Part shown: piece by piece, positions 11,597-23,100 of the stretch | Layout of the letters: each line of letters starts with the position of its first letter | Position numbering within the stretch: the stretch's first letter is position 1 | Origin: Schizochytrium sp. TIO01 | Lineage: Eukaryota > Protista > Bigyra: Labyrinthulomycetes | DNA length: 64,000 bases | Direction: 5' to 3' | NCBI GenBank assembly: GCA_004764695.1 | Contig: SMSO01000032.1 | Location: 2,542,001 to 2,606,000, forward strand | Notes under the pieces: generated by a model | What the model was told of the DNA's origin: nothing | Seen by the model: the letters and a program-made list of their open reading frames with translations, nothing else | Database searches by the model: none | Made by a program: the position numbers and the translations under genes

Positions 11597-14500
11597 TTAC
11601 GCATCGGCAGGGCTATCTACCAGGGCTTGGCGGGCAGCAAAGCTATTGAAGATGTGTTCCAGAGAAGTTACACCAAGACCATAGCCTTCGATACCTGCCT
11701 TTTCGCGCATACTCTCGATCACATGGAACATGTCGGATAGCTTCATCTCTTCTTGCAGAGGCAAGTTGAAACGGAGACGCAGTCCCACACGCTCAAGCAA
11801 AGTATGACCTGGAAACTTCTCTTCCAAAGTCTTGTCAAGATGCTCAAAGGCTCGTTCTGTCAACAGCCACTCGGCAAGATTGGACGCCTGAATGAACCCC
11901 TGACCCACAGTAAGCTGCTGATATAATGCCGCAGCGCTTCCACGTTCACAAAAGGAACGATTATAGAACTCGTGTGCACCTACATTGTCAAGAGCACTGA
12001 CAATCTGGTCACCTACTAAGTGATCATTCGATTGAATCTGCAGTTCTTTCAAGGTTGAATCGATTTCCTGGGAGGTAGGTACCCGAAGATTAATCTCCAA
12101 CTGATAGCCAGAGCCATACTTTGTCTTCAGATGATGCGCACTGCCCAAACATTGTAGTCGCCCATCAACCATGATCGCAATACGTGTAGATACAGCTTCT
12201 GCCTCTTCCATCGAATGAGTCGTCAACAACACAGATGTTCGCTTTGCTAAACGTGTGATCACATCGAGCAGGAAACGCCGTGCAGCAGGATCTACACCAG
12301 CGCTTGGTTCATCAAGCATAATGATAGCCGGGGTGCCCAAGCTCGCAATAGCAACACTCAGCTTGCGCTTGTTACCTCCAGAGTATGTCATCGACAGCTT
12401 ATCCGCATGGATAGACAAATTCATCTCCCTTAGTGTGCTTTCAATGAGAGGCTTCAAGACCTTGTCAGGAATACCCTTGACACGGCCATAGAACTCCAGG
12501 TGCTCCCGTCCAGTCAGACGGTCGAACAAGGCATCGAACTGAGGACAATACCCAATGGACTGTTGGGCACGCACAGTTTGCTGCACAATATCAAAGCCAT
12601 CAATGTAGACGTGTCCAGAGCTCGGAGGGTGTTCACCGGAAATCATTCCCATGGTTGTACTCTTGCCAGCACCATTGATACCGAGAAGTCCGAAACACTC
12701 ATAAGGGTGAATACCAAAGCTGAGATCCTTGACTGCAATTTTATCCGGAGTGATCGCCGTACCAGGATAAACCTTTCGAGCGTGCTGAAGCATGACCACA
12801 TTAGAGCTCTTCTCATTACGTGGGTCCAGATTTTCGACGCGCTGTCTCTCAGCGATAACATCATCGTCTTCATCTGATGCGCTCGTGTTATGGAGCTGCT
12901 GCAAGGTATCTGGAAAGGTAGTTGAGGCCTTTGTTCGAGGGCAAGCATGCTTGCAAGTGCTACATGTGGACCCTCTAAAGCAACTGCCCATACCATTTGC
13001 ACAACAGAGGCCATTGCGAAAGCGTGTTTGAAGTAGCACTAGAAGACCAGTGTAGACGAAACTTTCTACGATGAGATAGATTATGTCTAGACCTGCGATA
13101 GAAGTACTGAAGACACCGTATGTGACTGGGTCTGATGGGTTTCCACCTCGGTCAACAGTATTATAAAGCAGATTGAGAACTTCGCGATTGGCCACATTCA
13201 TTAAACCGTAGCTAAAACAGAACGAAGGTAAAAGACGGTAAATGAAACAAAGGTCATAATTGATCTCATATGTAGACGTGAGAAGAGCCATGATGAAAGC
13301 AACAATGACGAGAACCATTCCGCCCAGCAAATTGATGAGAATCATTCCGAATTGTGAATAGCTAGAGCTATCAAACATGAAGGTGCAGCAATATGTGAAG
13401 CTAGTGATGCTAATCCCATAGAATATGAAAATTATCGCTACGGCCCCAAACTCTTCCTTGAGCGAACTTACATCGAATGCAAACAAAAAGATCCAGGTGA
13501 CGATCATTGGCACTAGATAGGTGCAGAAGTCAAAGATCCAGTTTGCTGTCCAGTATGCAAGAGGCTTGATACCATTCAAGACTTGCTGATGCCAACTGCG
13601 TTGCTCTTTTTCACGCACAATAAAAACAGCATAGTAAGAAGGAACAAATGCGAATGCAATCGCCAGAGCTAAGGTGGCAGCAAGGGCAGTAAATCCATCA
13701 GAGACAGCATCCTGAGCTTTTGTATTGGGAAGAGGATAATTAGCGGTGGCGATTGTAGCCGATGAACCTAACGCTTGAAGTAATGCAGCATTGGCTCGAT
13801 TCATCATCAATGGCGCTGCGTGAACACCTGTAAAATTAAAAACAATGGTGTATTCGGCCGCAAGAGAAGTGGATACGCCTTGATCTGTGCCAAATATGGT
13901 TTCAGGAAGGGCGTTAAACAATAAGGCACCGTAGCGAGAGCCTTTTGCTACATGTGTAGTATTGAGGAGGTCATTAGAGAAGACCAAAGTTGAGATGTTG
14001 TAAATGCTTGTTGCTGTACACGTGGTAGCCACTGAATCTTGAAACATTGCCTCAAACATAGTTTCTGAAATCGAGATCCCGTATAAGCCTAGGAGATACT
14101 GCATGCTTTGCATATTCAAATACTCAGGGCGACAATATGTCGACGTTGGGCCAACGTTTTCAAACTGCTGACTGCGATCAATGCGTGGCATCGAAAGATT
14201 ATTCATCCAAGACTTTGTGGCGACTGAAGATATTGATCTACCCTCGCCAAGATTAAACGCCACCGGATTGGCGTAGCCGGCATGCACATTCCAGTCGTTT
14301 GTTTCAGCATCAAACCAGTATGGGTCAACTGTTGTTCCCATATTTACGCTCATTGAAATAAACCCTATGAGAAGAAAAACTAAAGGAATCAACAGTTGAC
14401 AGCACCATGCGGTGCGATCGCGTTTCACATAGTTTACTCGTTTCTGAAGAATCGCCCCAACATGAATCAGGATCGAAGACCCGCGCTTAGAAATATCCTT

Positions 14501-17380
14501 TTTTCTCTCTTCCGAAAGCTTGTTCAGAAAAGCCAAGGAATCCTGATGGTCATTTGTTTGCTTTTGAGCCTCCACATCGAATCTCGTCTGGTCTACCAAC
14601 ATTTCAATGTCTGAATTCATAGAGGATGAAAGAGTTTTGTCCTCGGGCAAATCTCTTGCCTTCTCAAGTAGATTTTTAGACGACTTTTGCTCGAATATAT
14701 TTTGTGTACCCTCTGCAACTCGTAGAAATACGTTCTCAAGACTTGTAACAGAAATTCCTACATTCACAATACCAAGACGATCTGCATTGCGTTCCAGCTC
14801 CGCAAGCATTGGCTGGAACTTCGGAGAAGCGGCAAGAGGAAGCTGCAACATGATCTCTGTGCCCACATCTGATAGAACCTCCGCACTGGGGACATGCCGA
14901 GCCACCATATTCACAACCTCCACACGGTTTGCCTCATTGCCATCATCTGCCTTCTCAATGGTCATCTGATACCCTACACCAAATATCTTCTTCAGATACA
15001 GGCTCGTACCAATACAACGCAGCTTACCCTCGGACATGATCGCAATTCGATCTCCTAGCAAGTCCGCCTCGTCCATGTAGTGAGTCGTCAAGATAATGGT
15101 ACGCCCTTCACGAAACCGCTCGATAGTCTTCCAAGTAAATGTACGACTGTAGGGATCTTGTCCACTTGTGGGCTCATCCAGGATGACGAGCTTACTGTTT
15201 CCGAGTAGAGCAATGCCGAGATGCAGCTTGCGCTTCATGCCACCTGAGAGGCTTTTTGAGAGTGCGTTCGTCTTAGGTGTGAGGCCAACCTCTGCAATCA
15301 TTTCTGAGATGGCCTTATCCATTTCGTTCTTGGGAACGCCTTTGATACCGGCGTATATTTTGAAGTGTTCGAGAACTGTAAGATTGGGAAAGAGGATATT
15401 GGCTTGTGGACAAACGCCGAGGCTGCCACGGATGGCTGCCATGTCGGAGCTGATTCTGTTTCCGCCGATGTACGCATCACCGTGGGTTGGTGAGATGACA
15501 CCTGTAAGCAAATTGGAAAGTGTGGTCTTACCAGCACCGTTGTGGCCAAGCAAAGCAAGAATCTGGCCTTCGTAGATGGTGAAGGAGACACTGTCATTTG
15601 CGTTGAATTTGCCTCGTGCTGAGTCAAATGTCTTTACAAGGCCCTGAATCATAACACAGCGACGCTCTGTACGGAGGTCCTGTAATCCTTTGGGTACTTG
15701 CTCAAAGTTGACTGTGTCGCTATGAAGAAGTTCGTTCTCCAGCTGCACTTGATTTTCAACAATTGCTGCATAGCTTGCTGCATCAGCCTCTGGAGAGTGT
15801 CGCTTGCACCAACGGAGGCATAGGAAAGGTGCATACCATTTCATGCGAGCAGACCCTCCACTAGTTGGAATAACGGCATCGAGATAGAGAGCAAGAATAA
15901 AGTACAAAACCATATCACAAATGAGCATGCCCAAACAGGTCATCATAGTGTAGTCACTATCTGTGGAAATGCCCGCATTGTCCCAAGTGAGAGGTGTAAG
16001 AGACCCTTCGTACTCAGTAAATGGGAGAGTGCCAAACGCAAACGCTGCAGAAGGAATGAGGGAAACTAGGACTTGACCTATAAAAGGAGAGTCTGAGTCA
16101 CTAAGAGGTGTAAAGAGGAAATAGCCAATGAAGTAAATAAGTAGACCTACAATGATTGCAAGGGTCGTTCGTTCAAATAGGGCTGCGATGAAAAATGCAT
16201 AAGATAGCGACGCGAAGAGAAAGAGCATGTAGTAAACAAAGATGACGCCTGGCGAGGCATACTCAAGAATACTAGCAGTTGAGACAGCTGTGATCACAGC
16301 AGCAATAATGATATAGAATATCATGTAAAAAATAACCCATGCCAGCGTATAGGCTATTGGTTTTAGTCCCATGATAAACATCAATTCCCTCGTCCGAGTT
16401 TCTTTGAAACTAACAAGCTCGAGAATGATCATGGCTAGAGGAAACAAAAGTGCAAGCACAAGAAAAATAGGGAAACTTGTTCCTACATCACTCCAAAATG
16501 AGTCCGTTTTGTATCCTTTCGTAGGCATGGCAAGAAGGTTCACATCCAGAGTAAGATTTTGGAGCGAAGCCTCCTGCAGCAAAATGAACTCATCTACAGC
16601 TCGTTGTACCGTTAAAAAGCCGGAAACACGGTATTCTTGCGTGTAATCTGTCGAGCCACGCTCCAGGTCATCAGTAGACGGATCAGAAGAAGTAGGAACA
16701 TTAGCATCAGAGTCGGTGGATGTTTTGTTGACGCGAATATAGTAGGACCAATCTGGGCTAGCGGACTGAAATACAATAGCAAGACTAATGCGAGGCCGAT
16801 CCTCAGAACCATATACATCTCCCTTGATATAATTTTCGAGATCAGAGCTATCAGAGATTAGCTCATCAACAGTATCGAATCGACCCTGTGTAAGAAGAGT
16901 AGGGTTGGCGCTAGTCCAAAAGTCGTAAAATTCCTCTGCAGCTTGAGAGGCTGCGGTGTCGCTAGCATCCTCAGGAATGATCACAAACTTCGGCGTCTCG
17001 CATATTGTATCAAGACCATTTTGAAAAAGCTCAAGGATCTGAGTAGTTGACAGGCTAGAGAAATCACTTTCTTCGCAAACGTACGCCATGTTTGCAAACC
17101 CATGATTATAAAAGGCAGCAAAATTTGCCAAGTACCACCCAGCAGATAGAAGGGACTCAATCTGAGGGACTTGCTCTGTTTGATCTGTATAGACTGCTGC
17201 ACCTGCGGTGGTCTGGCTGGTAATTGTCTTGATGCCTATCAAAACAACCATAAGAATTACTGGGATGAAAAACTCTGCAAAGAGTCGAACTGGCTGACGC
17301 GATTTAACAAGAACAACCATGCGAAGCTGAGAAAGCAGCTGCTCTGAGAAGGTTGCCGTATATTCGGTTGCGTCTACCAT
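11597..17380 (-). CDS. ABCA-subfamily full transporter, copy B, 1927 aa
   Basis: Intact ORF with two NBDs (Walker A, signature and Walker B motifs), GFLTVQRAVD, large extracellular domains and a C-terminal TSLEHIF motif typical of ABCA. Confidence 0.95.
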   Translation of the reverse strand: MVDATEYTATFSEQLLSQLRMVVLVKSRQPVRLFAEFFIPVILMVVLIGIKTITSQTTAGAAVYTDQTEQVPQIESLLSAGWYLANFAAFYNHGFANMAYVCEESDFSSLSTTQILELFQNGLDTICETPKFVIIPEDASDTAASQAAEEFYDFWTSANPTLLTQGRFDTVDELISDSSDLENYIKGDVYGSEDRPRISLAIVFQSASPDWSYYIRVNKTSTDSDANVPTSSDPSTDDLERGSTDYTQEYRVSGFLTVQRAVDEFILLQEASLQNLTLDVNLLAMPTKGYKTDSFWSDVGTSFPIFLVLALLFPLAMIILELVSFKETRTRELMFIMGLKPIAYTLAWVIFYMIFYIIIAAVITAVSTASILEYASPGVIFVYYMLFLFASLSYAFFIAALFERTTLAIIVGLLIYFIGYFLFTPLSDSDSPFIGQVLVSLIPSAAFAFGTLPFTEYEGSLTPLTWDNAGISTDSDYTMMTCLGMLICDMVLYFILALYLDAVIPTSGGSARMKWYAPFLCLRWCKRHSPEADAASYAAIVENQVQLENELLHSDTVNFEQVPKGLQDLRTERRCVMIQGLVKTFDSARGKFNANDSVSFTIYEGQILALLGHNGAGKTTLSNLLTGVISPTHGDAYIGGNRISSDMAAIRGSLGVCPQANILFPNLTVLEHFKIYAGIKGVPKNEMDKAISEMIAEVGLTPKTNALSKSLSGGMKRKLHLGIALLGNSKLVILDEPTSGQDPYSRTFTWKTIERFREGRTIILTTHYMDEADLLGDRIAIMSEGKLRCIGTSLYLKKIFGVGYQMTIEKADDGNEANRVEVVNMVARHVPSAEVLSDVGTEIMLQLPLAASPKFQPMLAELERNADRLGIVNVGISVTSLENVFLRVAEGTQNIFEQKSSKNLLEKARDLPEDKTLSSSMNSDIEMLVDQTRFDVEAQKQTNDHQDSLAFLNKLSEERKKDISKRGSSILIHVGAILQKRVNYVKRDRTAWCCQLLIPLVFLLIGFISMSVNMGTTVDPYWFDAETNDWNVHAGYANPVAFNLGEGRSISSVATKSWMNNLSMPRIDRSQQFENVGPTSTYCRPEYLNMQSMQYLLGLYGISISETMFEAMFQDSVATTCTATSIYNISTLVFSNDLLNTTHVAKGSRYGALLFNALPETIFGTDQGVSTSLAAEYTIVFNFTGVHAAPLMMNRANAALLQALGSSATIATANYPLPNTKAQDAVSDGFTALAATLALAIAFAFVPSYYAVFIVREKEQRSWHQQVLNGIKPLAYWTANWIFDFCTYLVPMIVTWIFLFAFDVSSLKEEFGAVAIIFIFYGISITSFTYCCTFMFDSSSYSQFGMILINLLGGMVLVIVAFIMALLTSTYEINYDLCFIYRLLPSFCFSYGLMNVANREVLNLLYNTVDRGGNPSDPVTYGVFSTSIAGLDIIYLIVESFVYTGLLVLLQTRFRNGLCCANGMGSCFRGSTCSTCKHACPRTKASTTFPDTLQQLHNTSASDEDDDVIAERQRVENLDPRNEKSSNVVMLQHARKVYPGTAITPDKIAVKDLSFGIHPYECFGLLGINGAGKSTTMGMISGEHPPSSGHVYIDGFDIVQQTVRAQQSIGYCPQFDALFDRLTGREHLEFYGRVKGIPDKVLKPLIESTLREMNLSIHADKLSMTYSGGNKRKLSVAIASLGTPAIIMLDEPSAGVDPAARRFLLDVITRLAKRTSVLLTTHSMEEAEAVSTRIAIMVDGRLQCLGSAHHLKTKYGSGYQLEINLRVPTSQEIDSTLKELQIQSNDHLVGDQIVSALDNVGAHEFYNRSFCERGSAAALYQQLTVGQGFIQASNLAEWLLTERAFEHLDKTLEEKFPGHTLLERVGLRLRFNLPLQEEMKLSDMFHVIESMREKAGIEGYGLGVTSLEHIFNSFAARQALVDSPADA
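12095..13231. repeat. Near-identical block (end of TMD2 plus NBD2) shared only by ABCA copies B and C
   Basis: Matches 20659-21795 at a constant offset of 8564 bp, with one short divergent patch near 12860-12900. Confidence 0.9.
14715..15580. repeat. Near-identical NBD1 block, copy B
   Basis: Same sequence as 6602-7468 and 23291-24156 apart from a few substitutions. Confidence 0.9.
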
Positions 17381-20157
17381 GATGTAATGGATGAAGAACA
17401 GCTACAGAGCCCCCTTACAACAACCTGAAGTTGAATTTACGCACTGCTGTCGAAGATTTACGATTGAAATTATGTTGGGTATCAATCAATCCCTTCCTTC
17501 GTAACGACTACTTGCAAATTGCAAGCTTCAATTTTTGAGGAGACTTTCGGGTTTTGGTTTTGCATCATAATGCCCGCATTGCTTGCCTCTTAGTTTTAAA
17601 TAGTTCCTAAAGTCCGTCTCGAGGTGCAGCTCGCTTTTCTACTTTGCCGAGCATTGGTTTGTTAAAGAAGTTTTACCTTAGCTACTGTGTGTCAAACAGA
17701 TGAAGAAACCATTTTCTTTTATCTTTCTCAATATAAACTTCCACAGCCAAAGAATGAAAAAAAAAACTTAGAAAAATACGACTAACAATCCCTAGGCAGG
17801 TACCAGCTTGTTAGTAAAAGCATCAGTAGTATGCATCTTTCACTTTTGTAAAACAATCTTGAAGTTGTATTAGGTACCTAGGTAGTCGCAAATTCAGCTA
17901 GCAATCTCTGACTATGTTCGTGCAATTATATCTTTTTCATTCAAACAAGAATCAACGTACTTTTCTTTCTTGTCAATCAAAGTTTCAATAACTCACTTTA
18001 TTGTGGAGATCTCTGACCCTTGATTTTCTATGAACCTAGTCATCTACGTATGCATGTAAACTGCGGAGAATTTCGGTTTCTTCAACATTTTAATTTTTTA
18101 TTTGTCTTAAATTCACTGTCAAGAAGAGGTTTATAAACAGATGAAACCTTCAGGCGTAGATGGCCTTCGTTCCACCTCTAAACTTCAGAGCCGAATGGTT
18201 TTAGCGTTTCCGGATTGAACCCTCCAGTAAGGTTTCCTCCGTTTGGAGCTACTGGAAACTCTTAGCTTTTGTTCTAACCCCTCATAACTTGCTAATTAGA
18301 AGCGGGCCTGTGTCCAACTAATGCAATGATCAACCCAACAAGCCCCGTGCTTTTGGTAGTTCTCGAGCTTGTGTCATACAATTTAGGTTCCAATTAAAGT
18401 ATCAAACGGACCCATTATGAAATAACCTTTCAAGAGGTTCAATCAAGTTGGCTTTTTGTAGAAATATTGAATTCCATGTCCGGCTCTCCTACATTCTGAA
18501 TTGCTCCTCGGCAGACTGAGGTCGCGAGCAATCATTTCCTTTAGTTTATTTTATATCAGGTAATATCGAGTGAAAAAAAAAGCTACAAATTTTACAATGA
18601 GTGAATGTTTGGAATGAATATATTGGTTGGAGTATGGGGCTTATCGTCTTGTAGCCAGTCGGTCAATCTATCAATCACATGTTGAACAAATATGACGCTG
18701 CCTCTGACCTCGTCTTTGGTTTCTACCGATCTTCCCTGTGTCGAATATAAATGACCAGTCAGTTTCTTCGCAGGTGCTACTGTTTTGCATGCATCGAAAG
18801 ACCTTTAGAAAGATTAACTGACTTTTATCTTCAAGTGCGAGAACTCTCTCAAGGTTGCCGATCTCGATCTTCACACTTTGTGATCAGCAAAGTTATGATG
18901 TTACTACCGTATGCGCATTAAATTCTTCAATGATCAACTCAGCTCCCTATGTCCGACGTGACACCTTTAATCCATCCCATGTGCCGACTGGCTTGCATAT
19001 GCTTATGTCAACATGGTTACAGATGCCCTTTATAGTTAGTTGGCTTTAAGTGTTTTAAACCTGATTGCCGTGGGGCGATGAATTGTTTCGATAGCAGTAT
19101 AAAATAGAGAACAACCATGAATCCGGTTTTCTTCAGTTAGCTCTTGAGGCTTGATTTTGATAAGGATTCCGCCAATCTTTTCAAAATTTTGAGTTACCAT
19201 CATTTGCTTTAGGCGCTACAGCATCAAAACTTCATACGGGCGATTTCTACTCTGCCCTGCACATCTCTTTGGGAAGAGCAACAAGGCTAGGCGGTGATGT
19301 ATGAACAAAACTGTTTAGTTGTTTGATGCCACGGAAGATGTGGATACTATAATTGTTTAATTTTGATCCCGCAAGCAAGCACTCTCTTTCCTTGTTGATT
19401 GCACCAAAAAATATTCAACAATAAAGAATTTAATTTCATATAAACCTTCACCTCTATTTTCTTGTAGGAAGTTTCATTCTCATCTTGCTATATGTGCGTC
19501 GGACAAGGACTTAATCTCAGAAGCTTCTCAGCAAGCCCAACTCTCGAACGAATACTCAATAGCTCGAGCTACAAAACTTTCATTTATATGAAATATGCTA
19601 GCTTCTCTAAACATGTGTATTGTTGAGAAAATCATATTGCTGATATTGGGTTGCGCAAGAGCATGCATCTTGTGGCACTCTTCAACTTAGATTATCAGTC
19701 TGTTAGATGAGCTTATGGAACATGGGATAGTATCTTAATCAACAACGTGCGAGCCCGGGGTGGCATATATAAATATTGCTTTGATAAAAAGGACTTTGAT
19801 GCTAGTTGATGATGAGCTAACCACCTCCAAGGAAAGATTAGGGTGGTACATTCAAAGCAACATAAGAGGAAAGTCATTAAAAAGATCAACTTCATTATAT
19901 ACTGCTTTGTAGAGGGCTATTTTAACAATTACGAATGGAACGCCAGCAGGGTAAGCGTGTGACACACGCTTTGGACCATCCGTATGCTGATGCGTTAGTC
20001 ATGCAAGGATGATTCCTCTGTAAGCAATTAGAACAACTTATTAAAATATCTTCCAGAACATTGAACTTTCACAAGATCATAGTTGTTTGTAGCTTGGTGC
20101 ACAGTTAACGAGATTTCCGAAATCAAATTCATCATTTAAGAAAAGATTTGGTCTAAA

Positions 20158-23100
20158 TTAGTCTTCATAGCCTCCATCCACAAGAGCTTGACGAGCGGCA
20201 AAATTGTTGAAAATATGTTCCAGAGAAGTTACACCAAGACCGTAGCCTTCGATACCTGCCTTTTCGCGGGAATTCTCGATGATACGGAACATGTCTGAGA
20301 GTTGTAAACCTGGCTGCGATGGCAGATTGAAACGGAGACGCAGTCCCACACGCTCAAGCAAAGTATGACCTGGAAACCTCTCTTCCAAAGTCTTGTCAAG
20401 ATGCTCAAAGGCTCGTTCTGTCAACAGCCACTCGGCGAGGTTATCCACGCGAATCGAACCAGCCCCGACAGTAAGTTGTTGGTAAAGAGTTGCTGCACTT
20501 CCACGTTCACAAAAGGAACGTTCATAGAAACCCATGGCTCCAGCATTTTGTAGAGCTGTCATGACGCCATGCTCATTAACAGTATCCTCAAGACTTAATC
20601 CAAACTCGTCATGAGCGACGCGTTCGATGTCGGTCTGCAAAGGAACCCGAAGGTTAACCTCCAACTGATAGCCAGAGCCATACTTTGTCTTCAGATGATG
20701 CGCACTGCCCAAACATTGTAGTCGCCCATCAACCATGATCGCAATACGTGTAGATACAGCTTCTGCCTCTTCCATCGAATGAGTCGTCAACAACACAGAT
20801 GTTCGCTTTGCTAAACGTGTGATCACATCGAGCAGGAAACGCCGTGCAGCAGGATCTACACCAGCGCTTGGTTCATCAAGCATAATGATAGCTGGGGTGC
20901 CCAAGCTCGCAATAGCAACACTCAGCTTGCGCTTATTACCTCCAGAGTATGTCATCGACAGCTTATCCGCATGGATAGACAAATTCATCTCCCTTAGTGT
21001 GCTTTCAATGAGAGGCTTCAAGACCTTGTCAGGAATACCCTTGACACGGCCATAGAACTCCAGGTGCTCCCGTCCAGTCAGACGGTCGAACAAGGCATCG
21101 AACTGAGGACAATACCCAATGGACTGTTGGGCACGCACAGTTTGCTGCACAATATCAAAGCCATCAATGTAGACGTGTCCAGAGCTCGGAGGGTGTTCAC
21201 CGGAAATCATTCCCATGGTTGTACTCTTGCCAGCACCATTGATACCGAGAAGTCCGAAACACTCATAAGGGTGAATACCAAAGCTGAGATCCTTGACTGC
21301 AATTTTATCCGGAGTGATCGCCGTACCAGGATAAACCTTTCGAGCGTGCTGAAGCATGACCACATCAGAGCTCTTCTCATTACGCGGGTCCAGATTTTCG
21401 ACGCGCTGTCTCTCAGCGATAACATCTTCGTCTTCATCTGATGCGCTTGGGTCTTGAGAATTCTGCAAGGTATCTGGAAAGGTAGTTGAGGCCTTTGTTC
21501 GAGGGCAAGCATGCTTGCAAGTGCTACATGTGGACCCTCTAAAGCAACTGCCCATACCATTTGCACAACAGAGGCCATTGCGAAAGCGTGTTTGAAGTAG
21601 CACTAGAAGACCAGTGTAGACGAAACTTTCTACGATGAGATAGATTATGTCTAGACCTGCGATAGAAGTACTGAAGACACCGTATGTGACTGGGTCTGAT
21701 GGGTTTCCACCTCGGTCAACAGTATTATAAAGCAGATTGAGAACTTCGCGATTGGCCACATTCATTAAACCGTAGCTAAAACAGAACGAAGGTAAGAGAC
21801 GATACACATAGCAGAGGCCGTCATTAATTTCGTAGGTAGTGTCAATAAAAGCCATGATGAAAGCAACAATGACGAGAACCATTCCGCCCAGCAAATTGAT
21901 GAGAATCATTCCAAATTGGGAGTATTTGAAATTATTGAAGGCAAATGTGCAACAATATGTGAAGCTTGTGACACTAATGCCGTAAAAGATGAAGATGATT
22001 ACTACAGCCCCAAACTCTTCCTTGAGCACTGTAACATCGAACGCGAAAAGAAGAATCCATGTAATTACCATTGGCACTAGGTAGGTGCAGAAGTCAAAGA
22101 TCCAGTTTGCTGTCCAGTATGCAAGAGGCTTGATGCCATTAAGCAACTGTTGGTGCCAACTGCGTTGCTCTTTTTCACGCACAATAAAAACAGCATAGTA
22201 AGAAGGAACAAATGCGAATGCAATCGCCAGAGCTAAGGTGGCAGCGAGGGCGGTGAAACCCTCGGTAACTGCGTCTTGAGCTTTGGTGTTGGGAAGTGGG
22301 TAGTTTGCTGCCGAGATGGTGGCTGAGGATCCTATAGCTTGAAGTAATGCAGCGTTTGCTCGATTCATCAGCAGGGGAGCAGTGTGGACACCAGTGTAGT
22401 TGAATGTGATGGTGTACTCGGCCTCCAGTGAAGAAATTGCGCTGGAACTGCTTTGGTTAGATCCGAAAACATTGCTTGGGACAATGTTAAAAAGCAGTGC
22501 ACCATAGCGAGAGCCCTTCGCAACATAAGTTGTGTTGAGAAGGTCATTTGAGAAAGCCAGAGTCGATGCATTATAGATACTGCTTGCTGTGCATGAAGAC
22601 GCTACGCTTCCTTGGTACATGGCCTCGAGGGTAGATACTGACATCTGAGTTCCAAGGATAAGATACATGTAGTATGCAAGCTCATTGTCAAGTTGCGTAG
22701 GGCGGCAATAGGTTGCGGTCTCACCAACATTGCCGAATGACTGAGACAAGTCCACCCGTGGAATGGTGAGGTTATCAATCCAGGAGGTAGTGGCAGAAGC
22801 TGAAATTGACTCTCCTTGACCTAAGTTAAACGGAATGGGAGTGTCATATCCAGTTCCAACATTCCAGCCATCAGTATCTGCATCAAACCAGTATGGGTCA
22901 ACTGTGGTGTTGAAGCTTGCACTCATGGCTACAAATCCAATAACTAAGAAAACTAAAGGAATAAGAAGTTGGCAGCACCAAGCAGTTCGATCCCGCTTTG
23001 CGTACCGAACACGCTTGTGAAGAATTGCACCCACATGAACCATCATCGAGGATCCTCGTTTTGCAACAGCCTCTTTTTGGTCCTCGGAAAGCTGATTCAA

